Source: Anthoceros angustus (Eukaryota; Plantae; Anthocerotophyta). From it: a stretch of 64,000 nt of DNA. Where the stretch lies: positions 2,152,409-2,216,408 of the forward strand of contig MU008163.1 in the NCBI GenBank assembly GCA_010909165.1. The letters run 5' to 3'. Made by a program: the position numbers and the translations under genes. Below are positions 34,904-46,416 of the stretch, piece after piece (position 1 is the first letter of the stretch; each line of letters begins with the position of its first letter). The notes under the pieces were generated by a model. That model was given only the letters and a program-made list of their open reading frames with translations, had not been told where the DNA came from and did not search any database.

Positions 34904-37150
34904 AATATTGGTGGCACAGTAGATCGGACTCTTGGAACAGTTCAGTCAGGTGCTGCATTGTTGCCATGTGATTCGAGTCCTCTTCCAATTGTTGATCATC
35001 AGCAGCATCCACAGCTTGAGGAATATCATTAGTTAAAGTCTGTTCAATAGGCTGTACAACAACCGATTGAGGTAACATAGGAAAAAGCTTAGATTCAGCA
35101 GCCCCTAAAACCTCTTCATTATCCATCCCATATTTCCTACTCGTCTTGATGAGAGGGTGCTAGCTCCATTAGACAGTCCGCCTCCTTCATTACAACCAAA
35201 GAAATATCCTTTACTTCACCTGCTACTTCAACTTGTAAGAAATTAATTTCAAGTGGGGTTTGCTCCTCGGGAGATGGGGCCTGTTCCTCCACTTTCTTCC
35301 CCCTTTTCTCCATAGCCCTCTCCTCTTCCTTGTTTATCTTCTCCTATAGTCGCGCGATTTGTTCTTCTTGTTGCTCAAGGACTTGTTGTAGCTTGCTTCC
35401 CATCAACAGCCTGTCCCTCATACTCCTTCTCTTGCTCCTCGTCATTATGATGAAAGTGACAATGACATTTTGAGCGAGTGAAACTCATTTTAGATCTTTC
35501 TCTGTATCACTAATTGGGTTTCTAAATTGATTAAACTCCTCATTTCACTCTTGATTCCAATGATCAATTAATGTTATTCATCAACTGATAAACTAATCTA
35601 CACCATTGAATACCCAGACATATAGCATTCTGTTTACTTTAGAGTATAAAACAACTGAGTTGTTTTCTAATGGATTCTATTCAATCAACAAAATAGACGG
35701 TCACAAAAGTTCACAATAAAGAATACATGATTCAATTGATAAGTCCAAGCTTAAGATTTTGCATTATGAATTACGAATCATGAATTGTGTATGCGAAATG
35801 GCTGTGAACACAACAATCAAACGAGCACAACAATCAAACGAGCACTTTCAAAAGAATGCTTTTTTCTGGTGAAAACTGTTTATATAACTCTATTCTATTC
35901 ATTGTTTCTTAACAGTACACCCAACAGTCAAGCTCCATGTGAAACTGATTATGTTTGTGGTCTTTAATAATTGTTTTTCATTTAATTACGATTCCATTGA
36001 ATCCTTCACATTCCAATCAAGTATAATTAACTTGTTCCGTTGAGCTCTCTTCACATTGATTTCTTTCAATTTTGTAACTCACTCTACAAATTGTTACTTA
36101 AATTGCTTAAATTAGAGTCTAATAGGTCTCTTTGGAGCAGGCCTCATAGACTTCAATTAATTAATCAAATGTCGCAAATCAATGACCTCTTGAGTCATGA
36201 CATCTGGGAGGTAGATTTGGCGCTATGATACCATAGTGATGTAACTTCTGAGGCATGTTCCGAATAGTTGCCCGATAGGGATCTCACAGCCTCTCCATAT
36301 GTTTGTGCCTATGGCATCTAGTAGTGGTATTTTTCTGGAAGTATGACGTTTCAAGCTTCATAGTTTTTTAGTTTTTAATTTAGATTTTCTTATTATGTTT
36401 TCTCGAACCGTCTCTTTGCGTACAATATCCACATAAAAAACAAGACACGCTTAGCGACAAGAAAGATCTTAATTTTTCTGTATTTGCTATTGTAGATATA
36501 CGTAGACCACCATTGCAACAGACAAACCCCAACCCGAACTCCAGAGGCATTACCTACTGTAGGATACAAGTTTGACACAAGTTTTTTTTAGCGAATTCAG
36601 CTTGGAAAATATGTTCACGATGAAAGAGGGCTCCGATGGAGCTGAAATTTTCTGAAGATGTTTTCATTTTGCCTATGTGTTGAGCTGGCCATGTTTGCTC
36701 GAGGAGCCGACCGCCCCACTCTCCCTAACCGAGGAAAGACGCTGGCCCCTTCCCTCTCATGTGCTTTGGAAAATGCTGGAGGACTTTTCAGTTGGCCAAA
36801 TCTTTTCCTCGGCAGATGTGTAGATAGAGGTGCCTGGGCTGGTAATTGTCAAGGGAGAGAACGGGCCCATCGGATTTTTTTGTATTTGGTTATAAAAAAA
36901 ATCATAGTTCTGTATATAATTATACACAGAAAACGAAGTTCGCACTGAAGCCCAGAAAGAATTTTCTGAAAACTTGGCCACATAGCATGGAGTTCTTGGA
37001 CTGCGAAGTTCCGAAGAACTCTATGCCACTTGTCCCGTGAGAACATAGTCTTGCGCGTAACGGGGTCAGGAAAGCCTTTGCAAAGCTCACATCCCCTCCA
37101 TGCCAGAATTTATCGGCTGTTTCCGTTTCATATCCGCCAGACATGTTTTT
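34900..37150. mobile_element. Probable degenerate TE remnants
   Basis: Broken minus-strand coding-like stretches (e.g. 34902-35126) within AT-rich DNA; no diagnostic domain recognised. Confidence 0.25.
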
Positions 37151-37434
37151 GCATTTTTTGATGAACTTAGACTGGAAATGTCACTAATTTCTTAGCAGCA
37201 CTTCGATGCTATGGGGAGGAGCAACCTGAGCTGGAGGGTCCACCTATGTTTATCAGTGCCCCATACGATAGAGTCTCACGGACATGGAAGTTTTGTCCTC
37301 CGTCTGTTAGTGTAAGTGTGCTGTTGAGGCTGAAGAATGACGAGACTTCCAAAGCACCGTGTTGCCCTCTCTATATCCCCGGACTCTTGCAGGCATTCAG
37401 GATAGACGTCAACCCCACAGTATTGCTCTGGCTC

Positions 37435-37896
37435 TCACTCACATGACAAGAGAATGTTATCTGCCTCATCTAAATGGCCTGCACGCCCAAGAAGGTAAAT
37501 CATGCAATTGTGATGCTCAGTAGTAGGTTTGATGCCATGCTGCTCAGCCATGGAATCAGAGTGCTTGCGACCCTCATGCACAAGTCCCTCATGACTGCAT
37601 GCTGCTAAAAGGCAAGGAAAAGTAGCATAATCAGGCTGAATACCAGCGGCTAACATCTCCTCAAAACAAGCTAGTGCCTGGTGACCCTCATCACGTGTAC
37701 TACAACCAGCTATCAAGGCATTCCATGTCACCACATCCTTTATGGGCAAGCTATCAAAAACCTGGCGAGCTTCTTTCAGCTCGCCACATTTTGCATACAT
37801 GTCCACCAAGCAGGACGCGCACCCATCAGCGAGAATGGGGCCGTGCAAGCCCGCGAAGACATTATGCCATTGCAATCTGCACGAGTTGAGTCTCAT
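37435..37896 (-). pseudogene. PLS-class PPR gene fragment
   Basis: LVDMYAKCGELKEARQVFDSLPIKDVVTWNALIAG...GIQPDYATFPCLLAACSHEGLV...EHHNCMIYLLGRAGHLDEA. It is truncated at both ends. Confidence 0.85.
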
Positions 37897-38619
37897 CGCT
37901 TCAGAAACAGACCAAGTCTAGATCATCGCACCAGGCATGTCCACATTCAGAAGACTTTCGCTCTCACAGCGACACCAGAAATCCTAGCCTTCGCGAGCCT
38001 GTTTCAGCATTTCCCGTGACTGTACAGGGTGCAAGTGTATCGCCATCCATCCTCCAATGCCAGTGCTCCTTGCTGCAAGTCAGGAGCACTCACCCATTTT
38101 TCTTTCGTATCCGGCCACAATCTCTACCCAATTTCCTACATATTAATTGGGCACAACCCTGGCAAGCTGTGGTTTCTGCCGCCTCTGAAGCTACCTAGCA
38201 ACATTCCTACGTCAATATGCTGCAACAACTGACACAACGCTGAGGAGAGCAAGGTTGAGTGCCGCCTGCGTCATCATCGTATGCAGGCAGTTGTGAAACT
38301 GGGAAATTGGACAGCCGGTGCTGCCTGATGAAGTGTGAATTGTGGAGAAGAAGCCCCACAGGTTCCCTGTTGAAATCGGGGTGGAAGGATTCCACTACAA
38401 CGTTTTTCTTCTCATATGTGCAGGGGAACGGGCGGCGCCTGATGCTGTTGCTCTCATGTGGTGGGTTCAGAGCAAGGTGAAGCCATCGATTGGCACAGCA
38501 CTCATTCCGTGCTCTTCTTCTCCTTGTGAAGGTGTTTCTGGCTCCGGGCTTCTTTCTGACGAGTTGGAGAGCGTGGGCGAGAGAGACATCTAGATGAAGC
38601 ATTTCAGACTTGGGACCTC

Positions 38620-41457
38620 ATGGCCCAGCGTGGCTCTCCTGTTTCGACCAGCTTGTTATACCGGCTGTTGCAGAGGTGCGCCAAGAAAAAGGACCTGGAT
38701 GGCGGCAGGCGAGTGCATGCCCTCATTGTCAGGAGTGGACTTCAGTCCAACTCCTTCTTGGGGAATCACCTGATCCGCTTCTATGTTTGCTGTGGACGTT
38801 TGGTGGAAGCAACAAGAGTTTTCACGCAGTTGCCAGGTTCAGCGAGGGATAGCTTCGTGTGGGCTGCTATCATCTCCGCACATGGCAACCAGGGCCGGCC
38901 TCAGCAGGCTATCCAGTTCTACCATCAAATGCATAGATTAAATGGAAGACCTGATGACTATGTGTTTGTGGCTGCACTCAAGGCATGTGCTGATGCCACA
39001 GCCTTGTCAACTGGCAGGCTAATTCATGCCCACGTAAGAGAACATGGGTGTGAATCACATGCTTTCGTTGGCAACACACTTATTGACATGTATGCCAAGT
39101 GTGGGAGGCTGCAGGATGCCCGCACAGTATTTGAAAGGTTGCCTACAAGAGATGCAGTGACATGGAATGCCATGATCGCAGGCTATGTCCAGCACGAATA
39201 TGGCCTGGAGGCATTCCACCTTTTCCGGCTTATGCAAGAGGAATGCGTGCGGCCTGACAAGATGACTCTTGCAAGCATCCTCAAGGCGTGTGCCAGTATG
39301 GCAGCAAAGGAGCAGGGCCAGCTGGTTCACGCTGAAATTATCAAACGCGGTTTGGAGCTGGATGTGTTTGTTGGAAGCAGCCTTGTTGACATGTATGCCA
39401 AATGTGGGAACCTGGAAGCAGCACGTCAAGTATTCGACGGCTTAGCCACCAGGGACCTGGTCACCTGGACGGCACTGATTGCAGGCTATGCACACCATGG
39501 GGATGGTCAAGATGCAATTGGACTATTCCACAGAATGCAGTCTGAGGGCATTGATCCCAACCAGCTGACTCTGACCAGCATTGTCAAAGCATGCTCCACC
39601 TCCACTGCTCTAGACCAGGGCAAGCTTCTTCATGCACATATTACCCAGAGCGGTTTTGATTCAAACGTCTACATTGGCAGCACTCTGATTGATATGTATG
39701 CAAAGTGCGGGCATGTGGAGGATGCTCGCAAGGTTTTTGACACTATGCCGCACAGAAACTTAGTGACATGGACTGCTATGATATCCGGATACTCCCACAA
39801 TGGACATGGTGAGGAGGCCTTTCAGCTTTTTGGGCAAATGGAACAAGAGGGTGTCGTACCAAACCAGCTCACTCTTGCAAGCATCCTGAAAGCATGTTCC
39901 AGCGTCGGGAGTCTTGACCGCGTGAAATTGCTGCATGCCCAGATCAGGAAGAGTGGTTTCGAGTCCGACCTTTTCATAAGCAGTGCGCTCATTGACATGT
40001 ATGCTAGGTGTGGGAGCCTTGACGATGCCCGTGCTGTGTTCGATAGCATAACATCAAAGAACATAGTTCTCTGGAGTGCCATGATTGCAGGCTATGCTCA
40101 TCACGATGGAGGCCTGGAGGCACTGGAGCTTTTTAGGCAAATGCAAAAGGAGGGCATTGAGACCGACAAGATTATGCTCCTTAGCGTTCTTAGAGCGTGT
40201 TCAGGAGTGGCAGCGTTGGACCTAGGCAAACTTATTCATGCTCACATCAGGGAAGTGGGTTTTGGGTCAGATGTGTATGTTGGGAGCACCCTGGTGGATT
40301 TTTATGTAAAATGTGGTAGTTTAGATGAAGCGCGGGCTGTCTTTGACAGGCTCTTGGCAAGAGATTTGGTGACATGGACTTCATTGATTGTTGGATATGC
40401 CAATGAGGGCAATGGTCAAGAGGCCCTGAGGCTCTATCAGGAGATGCAAAAAAAGGGACTGCAGCCGAACGAGGTGACCCTTGTCAGCCTCGTCAAGGCA
40501 TGTTCCACCATAGCAGCTCTCCATCAGGGTAGGCTGGTGCACGCCAGAATCATCCAGGATGGTTTTGAACCGGACGTCTTCGTGGGCAGCACCCTTATTG
40601 ATATGTATGCTAAATGTGGGAGCCTACAAGACGCTCAACAGGTGTTTGATCAAATGCTCGTAAAAGACCTTGTGTCCTGGAATGCAGTCATCACAGGGTG
40701 CGCCCAGCACGGGTTTGCCCAGGCAGCTCTTGAGCTGTTTCAGCAGATGCAGAAAGAAGGGGTGCAGCCGGACGTCGTCACCTTCATTGGGTTGCTATCC
40801 GCTTGCAGCCACTGTGGACTGCTGGAAGAGGGGTGCACCTTGTTCCAGTCTATGTCACAAGATTTTGGCATAACTCCAGAGATGGAGCATTACGTGTGCA
40901 TGGTGGACCTCCTTGGCAGATCCGGACGCCTTTCTGAGGCGATTGACTTTATACATGTCATGCCTCTACAGCCTGACATGGTCGTCTGGATGTCTTTGCT
41001 TGGTGCATGCCGAACTCATGGGGATGGAGCATTAGGACTGCAGTCTTTTGAAGCCATTTTGGAGATGGATCCGGGAAATGCTGCAGCCCATGTGCTTATG
41101 GGAGATGTGTATGCTGCAGCTGGAAGGTGGGAAGATAGAGCGGCCATCCGAAAGCAGATGCAGGGTCTTTGTGCTAAGAAGGAGCCTGGTCGCACCTGGA
41201 TAGAACTGGATAGCAAGGTGCACATATTCGGGGTAGAGGACAGGTCACATCCTGACAGAAGACAAGTTTATGACAAGCTGAAGACGCTTACCGAGAACAT
41301 CAGACATAACTTCACAGACTTGGTCCAAGAGCTTGATGACATGCCTGAAGATATGGATGCTCGTCTTTTGGAATCCGGTATAGAGAAGCTCGCCCTTGCT
41401 TTAGGCTTCCTCGAGCCACCTAGGGAGGAGAACGTTGGTCTTCAACTCGCTAGCTAG
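38620..41457 (+). CDS. PLS-class PPR protein (about 7 PLS triplets, E domain, PG-box, degenerate DYW start); organellar RNA editing factor
   Basis: Intronless 945 aa with seven xYxxCG motifs, EHYVCMVDLLGRSG, WMSLLGACRTHG, KKEPGRTWIE..HIF..DRSHP, and GIEKLALALGF. Confidence 0.95.
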   Translation: MAQRGSPVSTSLLYRLLQRCAKKKDLDGGRRVHALIVRSGLQSNSFLGNHLIRFYVCCGRLVEATRVFTQLPGSARDSFVWAAIISAHGNQGRPQQAIQFYHQMHRLNGRPDDYVFVAALKACADATALSTGRLIHAHVREHGCESHAFVGNTLIDMYAKCGRLQDARTVFERLPTRDAVTWNAMIAGYVQHEYGLEAFHLFRLMQEECVRPDKMTLASILKACASMAAKEQGQLVHAEIIKRGLELDVFVGSSLVDMYAKCGNLEAARQVFDGLATRDLVTWTALIAGYAHHGDGQDAIGLFHRMQSEGIDPNQLTLTSIVKACSTSTALDQGKLLHAHITQSGFDSNVYIGSTLIDMYAKCGHVEDARKVFDTMPHRNLVTWTAMISGYSHNGHGEEAFQLFGQMEQEGVVPNQLTLASILKACSSVGSLDRVKLLHAQIRKSGFESDLFISSALIDMYARCGSLDDARAVFDSITSKNIVLWSAMIAGYAHHDGGLEALELFRQMQKEGIETDKIMLLSVLRACSGVAALDLGKLIHAHIREVGFGSDVYVGSTLVDFYVKCGSLDEARAVFDRLLARDLVTWTSLIVGYANEGNGQEALRLYQEMQKKGLQPNEVTLVSLVKACSTIAALHQGRLVHARIIQDGFEPDVFVGSTLIDMYAKCGSLQDAQQVFDQMLVKDLVSWNAVITGCAQHGFAQAALELFQQMQKEGVQPDVVTFIGLLSACSHCGLLEEGCTLFQSMSQDFGITPEMEHYVCMVDLLGRSGRLSEAIDFIHVMPLQPDMVVWMSLLGACRTHGDGALGLQSFEAILEMDPGNAAAHVLMGDVYAAAGRWEDRAAIRKQMQGLCAKKEPGRTWIELDSKVHIFGVEDRSHPDRRQVYDKLKTLTENIRHNFTDLVQELDDMPEDMDARLLESGIEKLALALGFLEPPREENVGLQLAS

Positions 41458-42382
41458 CTTTCACGAAACAGAGCAGCGGAGGCAGCATTTAATGACGTCC
41501 GACTCCTCGGAATTCGTCACTGCTAAGCCTTTGGGCTTGTGCAGTGATTCGGTAGATGCTTTGTCTGCGGCCACGGCACGGTTCATACTAAACATGCTAG
41601 ACATTGGCTAGGTGGTAAAAAATGGTACATGTCCGTTGCACCCATCTCCTCCTCCCATAGCCACAAACACCTGCGCAGAGGAACTGAGGGAATCAGAGCA
41701 ACGCACTAGGTTGACATCTCTCACCAAGGGTTTCACTAACACAGGTAAGGGTCCTCTCCAAGATATACATTCGCGCGGCTCAACCAATCTGACTGACTGA
41801 GAGACCTATTCAAAAGAAGCCAACACAGCGCGAAACTCCGTCATTGGTACCCAACCTAGCGGAATCTTATGAATGGTGCAAATTTTCCAAGTGTTGATTG
41901 AAGCATAACACAGTCTCCCAAAATGGACAGTGCCCAAGTCCAAAGGATGATGTTCGTGGCGACAACAGCAACCGTGATCTCATTTTATTAGACAAGTAAA
42001 AAAACGACAACAAGATTAGTATGGGCATAGATTAAACCTCTATGAACGCTGCAAAAGTTATTTATGCCGGTCAAAGTAAAGTACTACACAATGACTTAAC
42101 AATTACATTGGACAAACTAATGCGACAAAAACTATTTCTATTTTATTCCTAGATAAGTATTTTACTAGACAAGTAAATATGATAACAACCGAAAGAGATT
42201 GATTTTTGGGAAACAAAGTGCTCATGTTTGAACATTTTATGGGGAAGAATGACGCTTTTCGGCCTATGTCTGGTAAGCGTGCGGCTAATGAGTGCTGGAT
42301 TTTTGGCCAATGTATGAATAGCGTGCGGTTAATGAGTGCTGTATTTGCAGCATGTCCTTTATGACCTCTGGAGGAGTTATCC

Positions 42383-42672
42383 AGACCTTGCAGTAGTGGG
42401 ATGTCCTTTATATCCTTTGAAGGAGCTCTCAATCTAGAATGGAGGTAAACCTACTCTTCATGCTAAGCTTCAAGTTGGAGACTAATCACTAATCTTGGCA
42501 ACCTATTAAACAATTATGAGTTAGCTAGACCTTGCAGTAGTGGGATGTCCTTTATATCCTTTGGAGGAGTTAGCTAGACCGCTCTCAATCTAAAATGGAG
42601 GTAAACCTACTCTTCATGCTAAGCTTCAAGTTGGAGACTAATCACTAATTTTGGCAACCTATTAAACAATTA
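42383..42672. repeat. ~150-bp tandem duplication
   Basis: agaccttgcagtagtgggatgtcctttatatcctttg and gctctcaatcta.aatggaggtaaacctactcttcatgctaagcttcaagttggagactaatcactaat each occur twice. Confidence 0.9.
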
Positions 42673-42689
42673 TAATATCATGGTCCTAA

Positions 42690-43170
42690 ATCGTTAATGG
42701 TCCCATGGATTGATGATATTCGTCTGTGATTTCACTTGAAACTGCGTCCCTAATCCGGTCTTGCACTTGAAACTGCGTCCCTAATCCGGTCTTGAAACTG
42801 CGTCCCTAATCCGGTCCCATGGATTGATGATATTCGTCTGTGATTTCACTTGAAACTGCGTCCCTAATCCGTCAAGAATCTCAGGCTCATGTCATGGCGC
42901 TTGCAACTTCATCCTAATCGGTCAAGCATGGCGTTTGCAACTTCATCCTAACCGGTCATGCACGGCATTTGCAACTTCATCCTAATCGGTCAAGCATCTT
43001 TCAGCCTCAAGTTGTGGTGCTTCCAACTTCGTCCCAATCTGTCAAGCATCATTCTGGCTCATGTCGTGGCGCTTGCAACTTCATCCTTGTTGTGGCACTT
43101 GCAACCTCATCCTAATCGGTCAAACATCTTTCAGACTCATGTCGTGGCGCTTGCAACTTCATCCTGGCTG
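42690..43170. repeat. Complex minisatellite (gaaactgcgtccctaatccg and gcaacttcatcctaatcggtcaagcat units)
   Basis: The first unit occurs about 4 times and the second about 6 times, with irregular spacing. Confidence 0.85.
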
Positions 43171-43812
43171 TCATTGCCCTAAACTCACCTTCAATGTTGA
43201 GGAACGTACTCACATCCTCCAACTTGTGACATATTTGCTATATATAAAAACTAGGGCTCCTTCTTTCCAAAAATAAAAGTTATGTTGGTAACCACAGCTA
43301 TGATATAAAAAAAAATTCTGCTTACATCTACACAAGAAGTTAGTAGCCTATGAATACATACACCATTGATGCATTTGGAAAACTTGGCCCTTGCCCATGA
43401 AACTACATGGAACCTGGCTGCTTGCAGATCACCAAGCTTTGGTGCCATCGCCAGCATGTCGTGACGACTCTACACCCCTTGCTCATTTTTTGTACCACTT
43501 TTCACCATACACCCTAAAAAAGCCTTAATCAGGATATGATCTGTTGTAAATAGTTCATTCGGAACAATCATGCTTAAATGGTTGAGGAGCTCTTTATCAG
43601 CAACATCAATTCACAACCATGCTTGAATGGTTGAGGAACCCTTTATCAACAACATCAATTCACGGTAGATTTATGTTGCCTTCTTTTCATTTACATATAT
43701 ACCCAGCTGTTTAGCCCTCCCAATGACCATAATGAAAATGAACCCAAAGCCCATCTTCAACCACTATAACATAAATGAACCTAATAAAGTTTACGTATCC
43801 AATGGCTCATCT

Positions 43813-44606
43813 TCAGGTGGATGTGTCTAACGGGGTAGGTAGGCACTCTTCCGCTTTATGTGAAGTGTAGACAAGCCGGGTAACTTTTCCGCATTCTGTT
43901 AAGATGGACACTTTTTGTCCGCGTTCTTCAATCTGCTTGTGAAGTGAAGCTGGTTTACCCCTTGCACATGCCCGCAGAAGGGACTCAAACGTCACGGGAT
44001 CAGTTACAGAAATACCTCTTTCTTGCATCCGAATGTAAAGACGTGGGGACTTCCTGGCCCATGCCTTACTGAAACGACCCTACCGAGAGCATCTTCCAAG
44101 CTGCCACACTCTGCGTACACGGTCACCAAGCTGTTGGCTGCACACATCAGCATGATGTCCTCATTGTCTGGTCTGAGGCTTGAAGATGCTTCCCATTCTC
44201 CAAAGCTGGGGCGCAACGTGCCTGTAGGAGTCAGCAAACATGTGCAGGCATCGGGGGCAACGATGCCTTCCCCTTCCATAGAGCGTCCTTGCCCATACCC
44301 TGCAGCCGGTATCCTGCAATTACGGCAGTCCTCCTGGCTACATGTGATTCTGCCTAGACCGACAAAAACTCTTATCGCATCCTCCACGCTGCCACACTTT
44401 GCAAACATGTTTACCAAACAATTGGCTACAGACACATCAGCGTGCCCTTCCTCTGATTTGCGCATGAGGCTCCCTCGAAAGCTGGCTTGCCCACACTTAC
44501 TTACAGATGCCTGCAGGGGGGACATGAATGCCACAAAGGTGGGCACAGCCACGCTGCGCCTTGGTCGTGATGTGGAGATGATGACGGTCTTCCTGGCCTG
44601 TGCCAT
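43813..44606 (-). pseudogene. Degenerate PPR pseudogene
   Basis: VANCLVNMFAKCGSVEDAIRVF, AANSLVTVYAECGSLEDAL and DPVTFESLLRACARG, with deletions and frameshifts. Confidence 0.8.
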
Positions 44607-44682
44607 GATGGGAATGTCCTGTGATCATGGGCCACTCGTGACCCGTCAAATGGAGTCACTCACCATGCAACTCCTCCCTGAT

Positions 44683-45669
44683 TTAAGGGCATCGTGGCTC
44701 TGCTTCTCTTTCTCTCTTCGGCCTTTTCCCTGCAGGACACGTGATCTCTTTCCTGTCAACCTCTCCATCGCCCTCTGCCCTAAGGTCAACAGCTGGGCTC
44801 CTACTTGCCCTGCTCACCGAACCGTCACCTTCAGCCAAACCATCACCACCTCTGCCCTGTTCAATGGGATCACTCTTACCTTGCAGGTCCTCCCTGATAG
44901 GAGGGTTCTGTGCCTCTGCTTCTCTTGCTCTCTTCAACCTTTTCAGGTCAGCATACGAGAGCACGGGTAAAAAATCCAGAGCATCCACCGGCCCATTTGC
45001 AGGTGGGAAGAACCTCAGGTAGCTAGACAGACGTTCATCACATGAATCAGACGGATCTGGCAAACTGTCAAGCGGGATCACCCCACTTGACAGCCCATCA
45101 ACAGCCTCGGCTGCACCTGGAGTTTCAGGAGCCAGACTAAGAGAGAGGTCGAGAGCTGATCCATCCGCCTTCGCCTGCCCATGATCAAACTGTAGACCTC
45201 GCCTCACGGGCCTGTGTTCCACTGCACTCTCCGACTTCTCTCCCCATCCGTCTCCCGGCAAGCCTACCTGGGCGGGAGTACTGGTTGCTCGCCCATATCC
45301 TCCACCTTCACCGTCATCTTCCCGCCCATCCAGGAGCGGCGTGAGTACTTCCAGCTCCCCCCTTGCCTCCTCGTATGGCTCCACCCGAGGAGTGGCTGGA
45401 CCGAGGGACTGTACAGACCACGGCAGGTCAGCATCAGCCCAATCTGGTGGCAGCGTCTTGAGAAAATGAGCAACATCGTTCGGCACCCGCGGATACGGCC
45501 CCGCATCCGCCTCCAAGCCTTCGATAAAATAATGCTGCAAATTTCTTTTCATCTCCACTCTTCCGTGATCCCTCACCTCCGCATGCACGCTACGGCCATC
45601 TACAATTCCCTTTGCCCTCACCTTCCGTGAGCTGGGCCAGCACCTCAACCGCAACCTGGACGTCGGCAA
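44683..45669 (-). other. 328-codon ORF of unknown function, partly PPR-like, with an internal ~210-bp duplication
   Basis: GRSVHAEVRDHG resembles a PPR L-motif. ctccctgat..agggc/tt...ctgcttctct..ctctcttc is repeated at about 44683 and 44890. Confidence 0.35.
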
Positions 45670-46416
45670 CGATCTTGTGAAGACAAGATTCGGGGGACTT
45701 GCCGTTTGACCAAGAGCCGTTGCTCCCTACTGCGCGATTGTGCTGGAGAAAGCGTTGATTGTTGATGTTTTCACAACCGGTAACAGGCCGGTACTTGTCA
45801 CAGCGTCGGAACATATGGACCCGATCTTTATCGTAGAAACGAAGTCCCCTACATTAGAAGACCGTCAAATCGGTACTGCTACCGCGATGAGCATGGATAG
45901 AACACGCAACCGATTGGGCAACAGTCTGAAGCTCTCCCCACTGGGCTATGTCCGGGATAAATACTTTGATCCTTGCCTTTCAGGATTCAAAATCAATCGA
46001 TCCGAACAACAGTTACACAACCACATACAACCGGCAAATCAAACTTTCACAACACTCTGCTCTCACACTGATGCAAGACACTCCTTGTCACGAACGAACA
46101 CACAAGCACTCATAAGCGTTCATTCGCAGATAGAGACTTCATTTCCAGGAGGAGATGATTAACTACATCCAAGCGCCTGCCATGGGAGCATTTTCTCGAA
46201 CTTGTATGCACCACTACAGACTTGACGATGTCTGTCACAACCAGAGCTGAGGCAGCTCCGTCCAAAACCCCTACCTAATGGTGGAAAAAACTTCAAATCT
46301 GATACCTGAAAGACTTGTGAAATCCAAGACCTGCACCACTTGAAGTGTTACCTCACTAAACAATGTAACAACCTGAACACGAGCTTCTACTTACACTGCA
46401 GGGAACTCCAATCGAG

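Noticed and set aside
44023-44970. Long ORFs such as 44023-44970 (+), 47521-48207 (+), 48855-49613 (-), 10135-10680 (-) and those at 32378-33330
   Set aside because: They are antisense shadows of real genes or pseudogenes, or products of GC-rich microsatellites, with no independent protein features.
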